Part shown: positions 38,701 through 45,951 of the stretch, piece by piece
How the letters are laid out: each line of letters begins with the position of its first letter
Numbering within the stretch: the stretch's first letter is position 1
Origin: a candidate division FCPU426 bacterium
GTDB taxonomy: Bacteria; Oederibacteriota; Muellerivitia; Muellerivitales; Muellerivitaceae
Assembly (NCBI GenBank): GCA_963719085.1
Contig: CAVRAL010000004.1
Location: 150,504 to 214,503, forward strand
Direction: 5' to 3'
DNA length: 64,000 bases
The notes under the pieces: model-generated
Seen by the model: only the letters and a program-made list of their open reading frames with translations
Database searches by the model: none
What the model was told of the DNA's origin: nothing
Translations under genes and position numbers: made by a program

Positions 38701-39232
38701 TTAAATCGCAATGCACCATCTGCTTGTGATGGACATATTGAAGGGCCTGCGCGATCTGTTCCATCCAATCGGCGGCTTGTTCCACCTTGAATAAGCCCGA
38801 CTCGGAAAGTTTGGTTTTCTGGATCAACCCTTCCAAGGACCCTTCTTGGGCCAAGTCCATGACGTAATAAGGCGTCTCGCCGCCCAGGTCCGCGTCGAGC
38901 AGGGACACGATGTTGGGATGCTTGTCGAGCCGGATCAGGCGCTCCGCTTCCCGCTGCAGGAAAAACCAGTGAACGCCGCCTTTTTTGATGAAGACCTTCA
39001 CGGCCACGAAACGCCGGGTGCGAAGCTGGATGGCTTCCCAAACCTGGGCGTAAGCGCCCCGGCCCAGCGGCTTGATGATCATATAGCCGGGAATTTTCGG
39101 GGCTTCCTCATGCTGTTTGAGGTCTTGGATTTCGGAAAGCTGCTGGGAAACCCGCTGGGATTCCTCGGTTTGGGCCATGGTCTGGTAAATGTTGGAGGGT
39201 TCGGAGGATTTCGGTTCTTTTTTCTTGGCCAT
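35756..39232 (-). CDS. Ser/Thr protein kinase fused to about 14 WD40 repeats (two beta-propellers)
   Basis: Hanks kinase motifs: GRGAYAQVWEA, VAVK, HCDLKPANVLL, DFG, APE. A TM helix follows the kinase domain. At least 12 WD dipeptide repeats (VWDVETG, IWDASNG, LWDTATG...). ATG confirmed. Confidence 0.85.
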   Translation of the reverse strand: MAKKKEPKSSEPSNIYQTMAQTEESQRVSQQLSEIQDLKQHEEAPKIPGYMIIKPLGRGAYAQVWEAIQLRTRRFVAVKVFIKKGGVHWFFLQREAERLIRLDKHPNIVSLLDADLGGETPYYVMDLAQEGSLEGLIQKTKLSESGLFKVEQAADWMEQIAQALQYVHHKQMVHCDLKPANVLLDEEGHVRVADFGNSRVLSESGSALGTLFFMAPEQAVIPDQDHPLQPDARWDIYALGCTAYTMLSGHVPHEEIGTQLESTPQVEERLRLYRDSIAHHVVPPLFEITKGRVDRDLSAIIDKCMKPNPLERYASVSDVLKDLKARREGKPVSPLSHDWGYWLGKFLMLYRVSVGLAALALLGALTAWFFVHERQQSQVQDTAFNYVLRGREYLDKDDEASATAYFAASNKILPTLLARGNAVLHMPPIPGAVFSQDGSIVAVALSPSGKKILAAGGSAGARLFTADGQSLNRVFKTGGAATAAAFNSDGSQVACGDADGNAGVWDVETGKQIGGAIETDKQINSICFSPDGRWVLTAGADGVARLFDAATGKPLKTVFKQSESLFQALFSPDGHRVLTASKDGTAQIWDASNGNPVEKPLDLRMKGAAASFKPSLFYSLNGSQIVATGWDGSIWFYDAGNGRAQGRHLYLEGLGAQAALSPNGQKFVSSVIFAGATGEVRVWSFKNRSPERFTLHTNGKVLSLGFSPDGSEIVAGTSDHVAWVWDAETGQPLGKMLWHGSGVTAAAFGPDGRRLITGTQDGLIRFWDVSRGAGSQTGLAWKTGGREHLKALQTHALLSHDAKTLITYGGKSACLWDADSGKAIGGPLTTDGTLFRALFSPDDQQVLLCDSANEAKLFDLGSGKAQSLPQDGAVHAGAFSQNGKTILTGGDDQTLRFWDAASAQAKGKPLDVGFKIDKISISPDGKRAAVLGAGGAFKLFPASDSGDAKALLKIDHKVQAAAFSPDSRAVVTASGLNATLWDASSGKQVRVFAHGHALSNVLFSPDGTRVATFGSDGTVRLWDTATGKPAGNPLQHAGPVQDSAFSPKGQALVLAYQDGGRQVWDEKTGEPIGDETQDGVLTVELGFSPDGKSLKLLDKKGGIKILDSTWMDPLDPDQLLLRSRVAGLCSVDSSGNLAPLSTDAWVKAWGGIPGDSKP

Positions 39233-39441
39233 GGGAGGTTCCTTCGGACCGTCGGACTTTCAGTTCCGGCGCCCGGGATGACAAGCGCGGTCAGGTTAGC
39301 CGGGAAGGAAAACCTTTTCAAGGTACCCGCGCCTAAAATGGGTGGAATTTTTCAAAAAAATCCCGGGGACCCGGAAGGAACAACGTGGAAGTTCGTCAAA
39401 AGTTACGAAAAAATCGATCCTCTTGATCGTCGCTGAAACCG

Positions 39442-40206
39442 CTAAGCGGACGTGACCCAGCCATTTTCAACCACAGTCCGCCAAGCGCTTGGGAAAGAAC
39501 CCGGATTCGAAACGAAAATCTTTTCTTGGGCGATCGTTTCCAGCATCAAGGATCGCCTCAGGCCCTGAACCAGCGCCGCCGTCTCCATCTCGACCGGCAT
39601 CACCTGGGGTTCCCCCGCCCTGGCGAAAACCATCAGGGCCTCATTCCCCGGGACGAAAGGATTTTGGGGCAAGGCTTTCAACCCTTGGGTCGTAAAAATT
39701 TCCCAGGGACTAAAAAGATGGTGGGACGATTCGATCAAAGCAACCGAGCTTTTCAAGCGAAAGGCCGCCCCGCGGTCATGAATATCAGCCATCGACAGGC
39801 TGGTTTCCCCGGGCGCGTAAAAGGCGCGGTCCAATGCCCATTCAAGCCTCGCCACATCGGCAATATAGGGCCAAGGGCTGATCTCGGAACGCCCGGATAA
39901 AAAGTCACCCAGGCTTTCGCCGTAATGGGTCAAATCCGGGTTCGTTGAGGGATGGCGATAGATATATTCCCGGCCCAAAAAATTAAAATTGTTCTCCCCC
40001 AAAAGCGCCAGGCAAAAAGGATAGGTGTCCTTCAAAGCCTGAAGCATGCCGAAAATCAGGTTGGCGCGGTAAACCTTCATCCCGTTTCCCGGGTCCGGCT
40101 TGTCGCCGCTTAAAAAAAGACCGCGAATCTGTTGTTGCTGATCCGGCGGGACTTTAGGCGCGTAAACATAACGGATGAATTCTTTTTGGGATTGTTCAAG
40201 CGACAT
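39442..40206 (-). CDS. DUF2063-family partner protein of MNIO enzymes (BufC/MbnC-like)
   Basis: 254 aa. Overlaps the DUF692 gene by 11 nt. N-terminal LxxxFxxxVYAP pattern. Assigned mainly from the conserved DUF692-DUF2063 gene pairing. Confidence 0.6.
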   Translation of the reverse strand: MSLEQSQKEFIRYVYAPKVPPDQQQQIRGLFLSGDKPDPGNGMKVYRANLIFGMLQALKDTYPFCLALLGENNFNFLGREYIYRHPSTNPDLTHYGESLGDFLSGRSEISPWPYIADVARLEWALDRAFYAPGETSLSMADIHDRGAAFRLKSSVALIESSHHLFSPWEIFTTQGLKALPQNPFVPGNEALMVFARAGEPQVMPVEMETAALVQGLRRSLMLETIAQEKIFVSNPGSFPSAWRTVVENGWVTSA

Positions 40207-41023
40207 GGATTTTTTCTTCCAGGATGGATTGGGCCTTCCTTGACTCGGCGTAAAGCACGTCGAACTCGGGGATATTCAAGTCCCACTCAATCAGCGTCGG
40301 CACGCCTTGAAATCGCTTCACCGCGCGGCGGTAAAGATCCCACACCTCCTCGGCGATCGGCGCCCCATGGTTGTCGATCAAGATCCCGTCGGAGCGAAGA
40401 TGGCCGGCCAGATGCATTTGCTTGACCCGCGCCACGGGGATGGATTCCAGGTAGCGAACCGGGTCAAACCGTAAATTTTCCGAATTGACGAAAACATTAT
40501 TCACGTCCAACAACAGGTCGCAGTCGGCGGCTTGGGCCACCGCCGCGACGAATTCCCATTCTTCCATCTCGGCTTGGGCGAAATGGAGGTAGCCTGAAAG
40601 GTTTTCAATCAGGATCCGGCGCTTTAAAAGGTCTTGGACCCGCTGAATCCGCTCGGCGGTATGGCGGACGGCTTCTTGGGTAAAGGGCAAGGGCAAAAGA
40701 TCATGGGTTTGCAGGCCCTCCGCGCCGATCCAGCAAAGATGGTCCGAAACCCATTCGGGCTGGTAGCGGTCGATGAGTTCGGAAAGATTTTTAAAATAAT
40801 CGGCGTCGATCGGATCGATCGACCCTAGATTCATGCCCACGCCGTGGAACACCAGCGGGTATCGGGAACGGACCTGCGCCAAGGCCCGGTGCGGAACCAC
40901 ACCCGGGTTCATATAATTATCCGCCAGAACCTCGAACCAGGGAACTTCCGGCCGGGTTTCTAAAATGCGGGAAAGATGTCGGGAGCGAAGCCCCAGCCCC
41001 GCCCCCTTGATCCTGGAATCCAT
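40196..41023 (-). CDS. DUF692 multinuclear non-heme iron oxidative enzyme (MNIO; MbnB/BufB-like)
   Basis: Xylose-isomerase-like TIM-barrel family signature: N-terminal GLGLRSRHLSRI...VPWFEVLADNYM, HGVGMNLGS, WVSDHLCW. ATG confirmed, 8 nt after the precursor gene stop. Confidence 0.8.
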   Translation of the reverse strand: MDSRIKGAGLGLRSRHLSRILETRPEVPWFEVLADNYMNPGVVPHRALAQVRSRYPLVFHGVGMNLGSIDPIDADYFKNLSELIDRYQPEWVSDHLCWIGAEGLQTHDLLPLPFTQEAVRHTAERIQRVQDLLKRRILIENLSGYLHFAQAEMEEWEFVAAVAQAADCDLLLDVNNVFVNSENLRFDPVRYLESIPVARVKQMHLAGHLRSDGILIDNHGAPIAEEVWDLYRRAVKRFQGVPTLIEWDLNIPEFDVLYAESRKAQSILEEKIHVA

Positions 41024-41030
41024 ACGAAAC

Positions 41031-41360
41031 TTACATCGCCGCCGGAGTGGTGGACGGCGTGGCCGACATCATGGCGCCTTCCACATGGCCGCCCAACTTG
41101 TCGCAAACCCCGACCGGCAGGAAGATCCAGTCATTCGGATCATTGTCCACTTTGGACGTTCCCGCGCAGGCATGCGACTTGGTGGCGCAATCGTTCTTCC
41201 CGGCCTTGGCCACGCCGTAGCATTTTTCCGTCTTGACCATCTTGGTCCAAGGCTTCGCGTTGGCTTGGGTGGCCACGCTCGCCACACCGAAAGCCATCAG
41301 GCTCGCCAGGGCCGTCGTCGAGACCAGTTTCGGACGATCGGTGAAAATATTCGCTTTCAT
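41031..41360 (-). CDS. DUF2282-family Cys-containing secreted RiPP precursor (bufferin-like)
   Basis: Sec signal peptide ending ATQANA. Core EKCYGVAKAGKNDCATKSHACAGTSKVDNDPNDWIFLPVGVCDKLGG with the four-Cys DUF2282 spacing. ATG and an AAGGAG ribosome-binding site confirmed. Confidence 0.75.
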   Translation of the reverse strand: MKANIFTDRPKLVSTTALASLMAFGVASVATQANAKPWTKMVKTEKCYGVAKAGKNDCATKSHACAGTSKVDNDPNDWIFLPVGVCDKLGGHVEGAMMSATPSTTPAAM

Positions 41361-41394
41361 AACACGCTCCTTGAAATTTTTAAGGCGGCTCCAC

Positions 41395-41423
41395 TTGACG
41401 TGAACCCGGCCTGAACCAATATA
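41395..41423 (+). promoter_or_regulatory. Sigma-70-like promoter candidate (TTGACG-17 nt-AATATA) for the YceI gene, inside the divergent intergenic region shared with the bufferin-like operon
   Basis: Hexamers with a 17-nt spacer. About 140 nt of leader lies before the ATG at 41568. Unverified. Confidence 0.3.
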
Positions 41424-41567
41424 CCCCCGGGGTTTTAAAAAGTTACGTCGAAGAGCGTTAATCCGGGGCTAATTGAAATGAACCCCCGGGTAACCCTTTG
41501 GCGGCCTTCCCCGTAGTAGCATGTCAGTTGGCTGGCCGGTCATTCTCAAAATTTAAGGGAGTTTATC

Positions 41568-42164
41568 ATGAAACAATGGAAGCTATTTTTAGCCGTTTTA
41601 AGCCTGACGGCCTTTGCCGGGAGCTTCGCCCAAGCCGCCGATTACACCATCGATCCCGTTCACAGCAGCATCAACTTCAAGGTGAAACACTTGAGCATCA
41701 GCTATGTGATGGGTAAATTTTCCAAGTTTTCGGGAACCGTGAAGTTCGACCCCAAAAATGTCGCCGCCTCTAAGGTCAAGGTGACGATTGATCCGGCCAG
41801 CGTGGATACGGGCGAACCCCTAAGGGACAAAGACCTTCGCAGTGATAATTTCTTCGAGGTGGAGGACTACCCCACCGCCACCTTCGTCAGTACCAAGGTA
41901 ACGGATATGAAGGATAACCAGTTCCAAATCATGGGCAACCTGACCCTGCATGGCATCACCAAACCCGTGACACTGGACGCGACTTACGGAGGCACCATGA
42001 CGGACGCCCAAGGCCGCCACGTGGCGTTCGAGGCCTCCACCGAGATCAACCGCCAGGACTATGACGTGAGCTTTAATGTGACACTGGACCAAGGCGGCGT
42101 GTTGGTGGACGATCACGTAAAGCTGATGTTCGAGATCGAGGCTTTAGAAAACACAAAGAAGTAA
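41568..42164 (+). CDS. YceI-family periplasmic polyisoprenoid-binding protein
   Basis: Signal peptide. YTIDPVHSSINFKVKHLSISYVMGKF matches the YceI-like beta-barrel family. ATG confirmed. Confidence 0.85.
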   Translation: MKQWKLFLAVLSLTAFAGSFAQAADYTIDPVHSSINFKVKHLSISYVMGKFSKFSGTVKFDPKNVAASKVKVTIDPASVDTGEPLRDKDLRSDNFFEVEDYPTATFVSTKVTDMKDNQFQIMGNLTLHGITKPVTLDATYGGTMTDAQGRHVAFEASTEINRQDYDVSFNVTLDQGGVLVDDHVKLMFEIEALENTKK

Positions 42165-42261
42165 GTGATAACCAAACCAACCGCTCACGTCATGCCGACC
42201 TTCCATAAGAATTTAAGGAGGTCGGTATAGTGCCGATTTCCTTAACTTCAGTTTGGAGAAT

Positions 42262-42440
42262 CGGCGCAAAAACGCCAAGACGCAAAGGTAGACATAGTTT
42301 TTAAGTAAACAAAACTTAGAAACCCAAAACAAAAAAGCCCCGGGTTAACCCCCGGGGCTTTTTTGTTTTAAACATCTTTTAGATTTTAATTCTCCCGAAA
42401 AGATTCAGCCTGCCTTGGCGTCTTGGCGTGCGCCTTGGTT
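42262..42440. repeat. MITE-like palindromic element, copy A; the YceI/helicase bidirectional terminator lies between its arms
   Basis: Left arm cggcgcaaaaacgccaagacgcaaagg (42262-42288) and inverted right arm ccttggcgtcttggcgtgcgccttgg (42414-42439). Internal taagaaacccaaaacaaaaaag resembles the internal part of copy B. Confidence 0.45.
42331..42367. terminator. Bidirectional rho-independent terminator (AAAAAA-gccccggg-ttaacc-cccggggc-TTTTTT) serving yceI (+) and the DEAD-box helicase (-)
   Basis: Perfect 8-bp GC stem flanked by A6 and T6 between convergent genes. Confidence 0.65.
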
Positions 42441-42444
42441 TAGC

Positions 42445-44298
42445 TTACCGGTTCCCGAAAGAATCATCCCCCGCCGGCTGTTGCTGGTGTTCCCGGCGTT
42501 TGAAGTTGCTCGAAGGACGGCGGTCTCCGCCGCCGAATCCTTGGGGCCTTTCATTCCCGCCAAACGAGGGGCGGTGATTTCCCCCCGGACGCGACGGGCG
42601 GCCTTCGGAGCGAACCCCGAAATTACCTTCCCGGGGGGCGGGCTTTGAGTGCGGGCGGTCAAAAGAACGGCTGGGCGGACGGCCATCGCGGTTCGCGGGC
42701 CGGCCCATCGCCGGACGGTCGCTACGGGGATGGGCGCCTGGCCCATGGTCCCGGCGCTGGCGGTTAAAGGGAGCCGAGTCCGAGCGCTTTCCAAAACCTC
42801 CGCCACCCCCGCCGGGGCGGGGAGTCCATTCCCGGCGCGCCGGACGCGCGTCGGCGCGCGGCGCGAAATTGCCTTCACGCTCGGGCCTTCCGTGGGGACG
42901 GCCGGTGGAGTGCCGGTCCGGCGTGTCGCCGTGAAAAATCGCCGGATTGCCGTTGGCGTCTTTTTGGCTGGGCAGGCCGGTCCGGGATTGATGCGCTTCC
43001 GAGCGGCGCTGGTGGCGGCCATCCGGATGGCGGCGTTTGGCGGCGTGATCATCGCCGCGCGGCCAAGAAGGCCGGGGGCTCGAAAAATTACGGGCGCCGC
43101 TGGCGCCGGCGTCATTTTTTTTGAAGGCCCTTTGATGGGCGTGCTGGGGCGCGTGCGAGGAGGTTTTCGGCGTAAAATCGCCCGAGCGCGACGGCTTGGT
43201 CTTGATCGATTCCCGGGGCGCCTTGATGAGCCTTAAAATTCTTTCCCATAAGCCGCGGTCTTCCGGCGTCAAAAGGCAAAGCGACGCGCCCTCCGCCCCC
43301 GCGCGGGCGGTGCGGCCGACGCGATGGATGTAATCCTCCGGGTTGCGGGGCAGGTCGTAATTCACGACGTGCGCGATGTGATGGATGTCCAAGCCGCGGG
43401 CCGCGATATCGGTGGCCACCAGGATCCGGTAGCTGCCTTCCCGGAATTGCTCAATGGCTTGACGCCGTTGGGATTGGGTCCGTCCCCCATGCACGCGGGT
43501 GACTTTAAAACCCGACTCTTTCAACTTTTCCGCCAATCGTTCCACCCGGCTTTGGGTGCGGGCGAAAACCAACACCGATCCCTGGCGCTCATTCAACTCA
43601 GCCGTCAACTCCTCATACTTTTTGGCCTCCGAGGTATGGATGACCATTTGGACGATCTTGGCGATCGGCTGGGTCGATTCGCCCACCGCGATGCGCACGG
43701 GATCCTTCAGGTAGCGCGAACCCATGGCCTTGATGTCGTCCGGAAGCGTGGCCGAGAACAAAAGGGTTTGTCGCTGCGCCGGAAGGCGCTTGCGGATTTC
43801 TTCCAGTTGGGGAGCGAAACCCATGTCGAGCATGCGGTCCGCCTCGTCCAAAACCAAAAAACCGGCCTTGGATAAGTTAAGGCTTCCGCGGCCCAAATGA
43901 TCGATCACCCGGCCCGGGGTCCCGATGACCAAGCGGGGTTTACGGATGAGGGCCGAAATTTGGCCGCCCATATTTGCGCCGCCGATGAGAAGCACCGAGC
44001 CGCCGAGAAAATGGGTGCCGGTCAATTTTCTTAAAACTTCCAAAACCTGGGCCGCCAATTCCCGGGTCGGCGTCAAAATCAAGGCCGTCTGGTCGGGATT
44101 CTTGGATAAAAAGGTGAGGAGGGGAATGCCGAATCCGGCGGTCTTACCCGTGCCGGTTTGGGCCGAGGCGATGACGTCCTTGCCTTCCAAAGCTGCCGGG
44201 ATGGCTTGCGCCTGCACCGGGGTGGGCTTGCTGAAATTCATCTGCTTGAGGGATTTTCCTAAAAATTCCGGCAATCCCAATTCTTGAAAACTTTCCAT
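42445..44298 (-). CDS. DEAD-box ATP-dependent RNA helicase (RhlE/DeaD-like) with a roughly 200-aa Arg/Gly/Pro-rich C-terminal tail
   Basis: Q motif, AQTGTGKT, DEAD, SAT and HRVGRTARAG motifs. Start ATG at 44298 (MESFQELGL, AAGGAA ribosome-binding site). The track TTG extension was rejected. Confidence 0.9.
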   Translation of the reverse strand: MESFQELGLPEFLGKSLKQMNFSKPTPVQAQAIPAALEGKDVIASAQTGTGKTAGFGIPLLTFLSKNPDQTALILTPTRELAAQVLEVLRKLTGTHFLGGSVLLIGGANMGGQISALIRKPRLVIGTPGRVIDHLGRGSLNLSKAGFLVLDEADRMLDMGFAPQLEEIRKRLPAQRQTLLFSATLPDDIKAMGSRYLKDPVRIAVGESTQPIAKIVQMVIHTSEAKKYEELTAELNERQGSVLVFARTQSRVERLAEKLKESGFKVTRVHGGRTQSQRRQAIEQFREGSYRILVATDIAARGLDIHHIAHVVNYDLPRNPEDYIHRVGRTARAGAEGASLCLLTPEDRGLWERILRLIKAPRESIKTKPSRSGDFTPKTSSHAPQHAHQRAFKKNDAGASGARNFSSPRPSWPRGDDHAAKRRHPDGRHQRRSEAHQSRTGLPSQKDANGNPAIFHGDTPDRHSTGRPHGRPEREGNFAPRADARPARREWTPRPGGGGGGFGKRSDSAPFNRQRRDHGPGAHPRSDRPAMGRPANRDGRPPSRSFDRPHSKPAPREGNFGVRSEGRPSRPGGNHRPSFGGNERPQGFGGGDRRPSSNFKRREHQQQPAGDDSFGNR

Positions 44299-44329
44299 GC
44301 TGTGCTGTTCCTTTTGAGACAAATTAAAG

Positions 44330-44449
44330 TTTTCACCGCCAAGACGCTAAGTTCGCCAAGTTAAAAAACAACCTAGAACAGAGCCTAAGAAAACCCAAAA
44401 AGGTTTCAGGTTCGCTGTCCTTGGCGCTCTTGGCGTCTTGGCGGTGAAA
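44330..44449. repeat. MITE-like palindromic element, copy B (about 30-nt terminal inverted repeats)
   Basis: tttcaccgccaagacgctaagttcgccaag ... cttggcgctcttggcgtcttggcggtgaaa. The two arms are near-perfect reverse complements. Confidence 0.5.
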
Positions 44450-44743
44450 TAAGTTTTACAAAATCATCTTATTGCGGTTTTTGAAATGGGACGCATCCGG
44501 GGAAATAGCAGGGAGAAACAACACTCGCGATATTTCGGTTCTGATGAAGCCCTTGGCAGGAATGAGGACACTTTGAAGTCCCGCTTCCTGGACGATTCCA
44601 AACTTAAAGACCGGGGTGACCCGTCTTTATTTGGGGTTCGTATTGTCACCTTCTCCTAACTGACAGGAGGTGTTCCGCGCAAGGGGACAAACCGTGGCAT
44701 TACAGTAGCCTAAAACCCGCTCATTTGGAACCTTTCTTTTAAA

Positions 44744-45817
44744 TTAACGGCGGCTTAACCGGCTCTTGAACTCGTCGATGAGTCCGATCGGAGTGGGGTC
44801 CACACCCTTCAGGTAGGCCAAATAGACGCTGGCAAAGTCCCCGAGATAAATGAGTGAGAACAGCTGGGCCAAAAGCGATTTGCCCTTGGCCTCGATCTCG
44901 GTCACGCCGGCGGTTTTGGAGGTGATCATCTTTTTCAATAAATCAAACCGCCTCAGGATCTGGGGATGGTCGCCCTGGGGCTGGCGCAAAAGCACCACGG
45001 CCATTTGTTTGGTCAGGGGCTCGGAATAAGAATAGCCCAAAATCTCATTGTGGTTCATTTCAGGGATCAAGTTCGATAAGGCGATTTGCTTGGCGTTCTC
45101 GTTCATCTGGGTTTTCCAGCGCAGGCTCACCGAATCCAAGTGGTCCTGCCCGGCGTAAAAAAGCGGCAGACGCTTGTGAAGGAAAAGCGCCAAAAGCTTG
45201 GCGGGATTTTTTTCCGTGGGCGTCAGCGGGCCATATTGGCCGGCTTGCCGGGTCAAAATTTCCAGCGCCTCGTTAAAGTCCGCCGTGGTGGAAGGCAAAA
45301 GTTTCAAGGTTTCCAACGCCGTCAATAAAGTAAAGAAGGAATAACCCAGCGCCGCCCGGGGCGGCAATCCGCCCGACAAGGCCAATATGGGAACCTTGGC
45401 TTTGACGGCTTGCCGCATCAGTTCCCCTCCCGACGTCATGACCAATACCCTTAATCGACGCGCTACCGCCTGCTTAAAAACCGAGAGGGTTTCTTCCGTG
45501 CCGCCCGAATAGCTGGAACAGACCACCAGCGTTTCCTTGGACGCCCAACCCGGCAGGGTGTAATGCCGGTTCACCGTGAGGGAAAATTTCGATTTTTTCC
45601 AAATCAGGCTTTTGAGGATATCCCCGCCGATCGCGGATCCGCCCAATCCCGACAGGATCACTTGGCGGACACCGGAGGATTTGAGCTTCGGCGGATGGGC
45701 CAGCACCGGATAACGCGCGTTTTGGCATTGAGCCGGAAAGTCCAAAATTTTGCGGATCATATCGGAAGGATCGAGTTGGGTCAGGCGGTTGGGTTGGTCC
45801 AGGATCGGATGCGGCAC
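44744..45817 (-). CDS. Bifunctional phosphoglucose/phosphomannose isomerase (SIS-domain PGI/PMI family)
   Basis: SIS motifs QVILSGLGGSAIGGD and VVCSSYSGGTEET. Likely GTG start at 45817 (AAGGAG 6 nt upstream), giving the N-terminus VPHPILDQPNRLTQLDPSDM, which is typical of this family. Confidence 0.7.
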   Translation of the reverse strand: MPHPILDQPNRLTQLDPSDMIRKILDFPAQCQNARYPVLAHPPKLKSSGVRQVILSGLGGSAIGGDILKSLIWKKSKFSLTVNRHYTLPGWASKETLVVCSSYSGGTEETLSVFKQAVARRLRVLVMTSGGELMRQAVKAKVPILALSGGLPPRAALGYSFFTLLTALETLKLLPSTTADFNEALEILTRQAGQYGPLTPTEKNPAKLLALFLHKRLPLFYAGQDHLDSVSLRWKTQMNENAKQIALSNLIPEMNHNEILGYSYSEPLTKQMAVVLLRQPQGDHPQILRRFDLLKKMITSKTAGVTEIEAKGKSLLAQLFSLIYLGDFASVYLAYLKGVDPTPIGLIDEFKSRLSRR

Positions 45818-45858
45818 GAAAAGCTCCTTAAATTTATTAAACCAACAAAAATGGCACA

Positions 45859-45941
45859 CGCAAAGACGCTAAGACGCAAAGTTTTCAAAAACTAAAATTT
45901 TTATTTTCTTGGCGTCTTAGTGTCTTTGCCTGCGCCTTCGG
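45859..45941. repeat. MITE-like palindromic element, copy C (short version)
   Basis: cgcaaagacgctaagacgcaaag ... cttggcgtcttagtgtctttgcctgcgccttcgg. Shares the core AAGACGCTAAG / GCGTCTT with copies A and B. Confidence 0.5.
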
Positions 45942-45951
45942 TTCGATGCTT

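Noticed and set aside
41361-41567. Sigma-54 (-24/-12, TGGCAC-N5-TTGC) promoter search in the divergent bufferin/YceI intergenic region and upstream of the PTS operon
   Set aside because: No convincing GG-N10-GC match found by eye. Only a sigma-70-like TTGACG-17-AATATA on the plus strand is reported, at low confidence.
42405-43115. 236-aa minus-strand ORF overlapping the helicase 3' end in another frame
   Set aside because: Produced by the GC-rich repeat that encodes the helicase R/G tail. Pro/Ala/Arg low-complexity; no ribosome-binding site.
44464-44649. 61-aa ORF inside the PGI-to-helicase intergenic region
   Set aside because: No ribosome-binding site, and odd composition. The region is more likely an untranslated leader containing the MITE-like repeat and hairpins.
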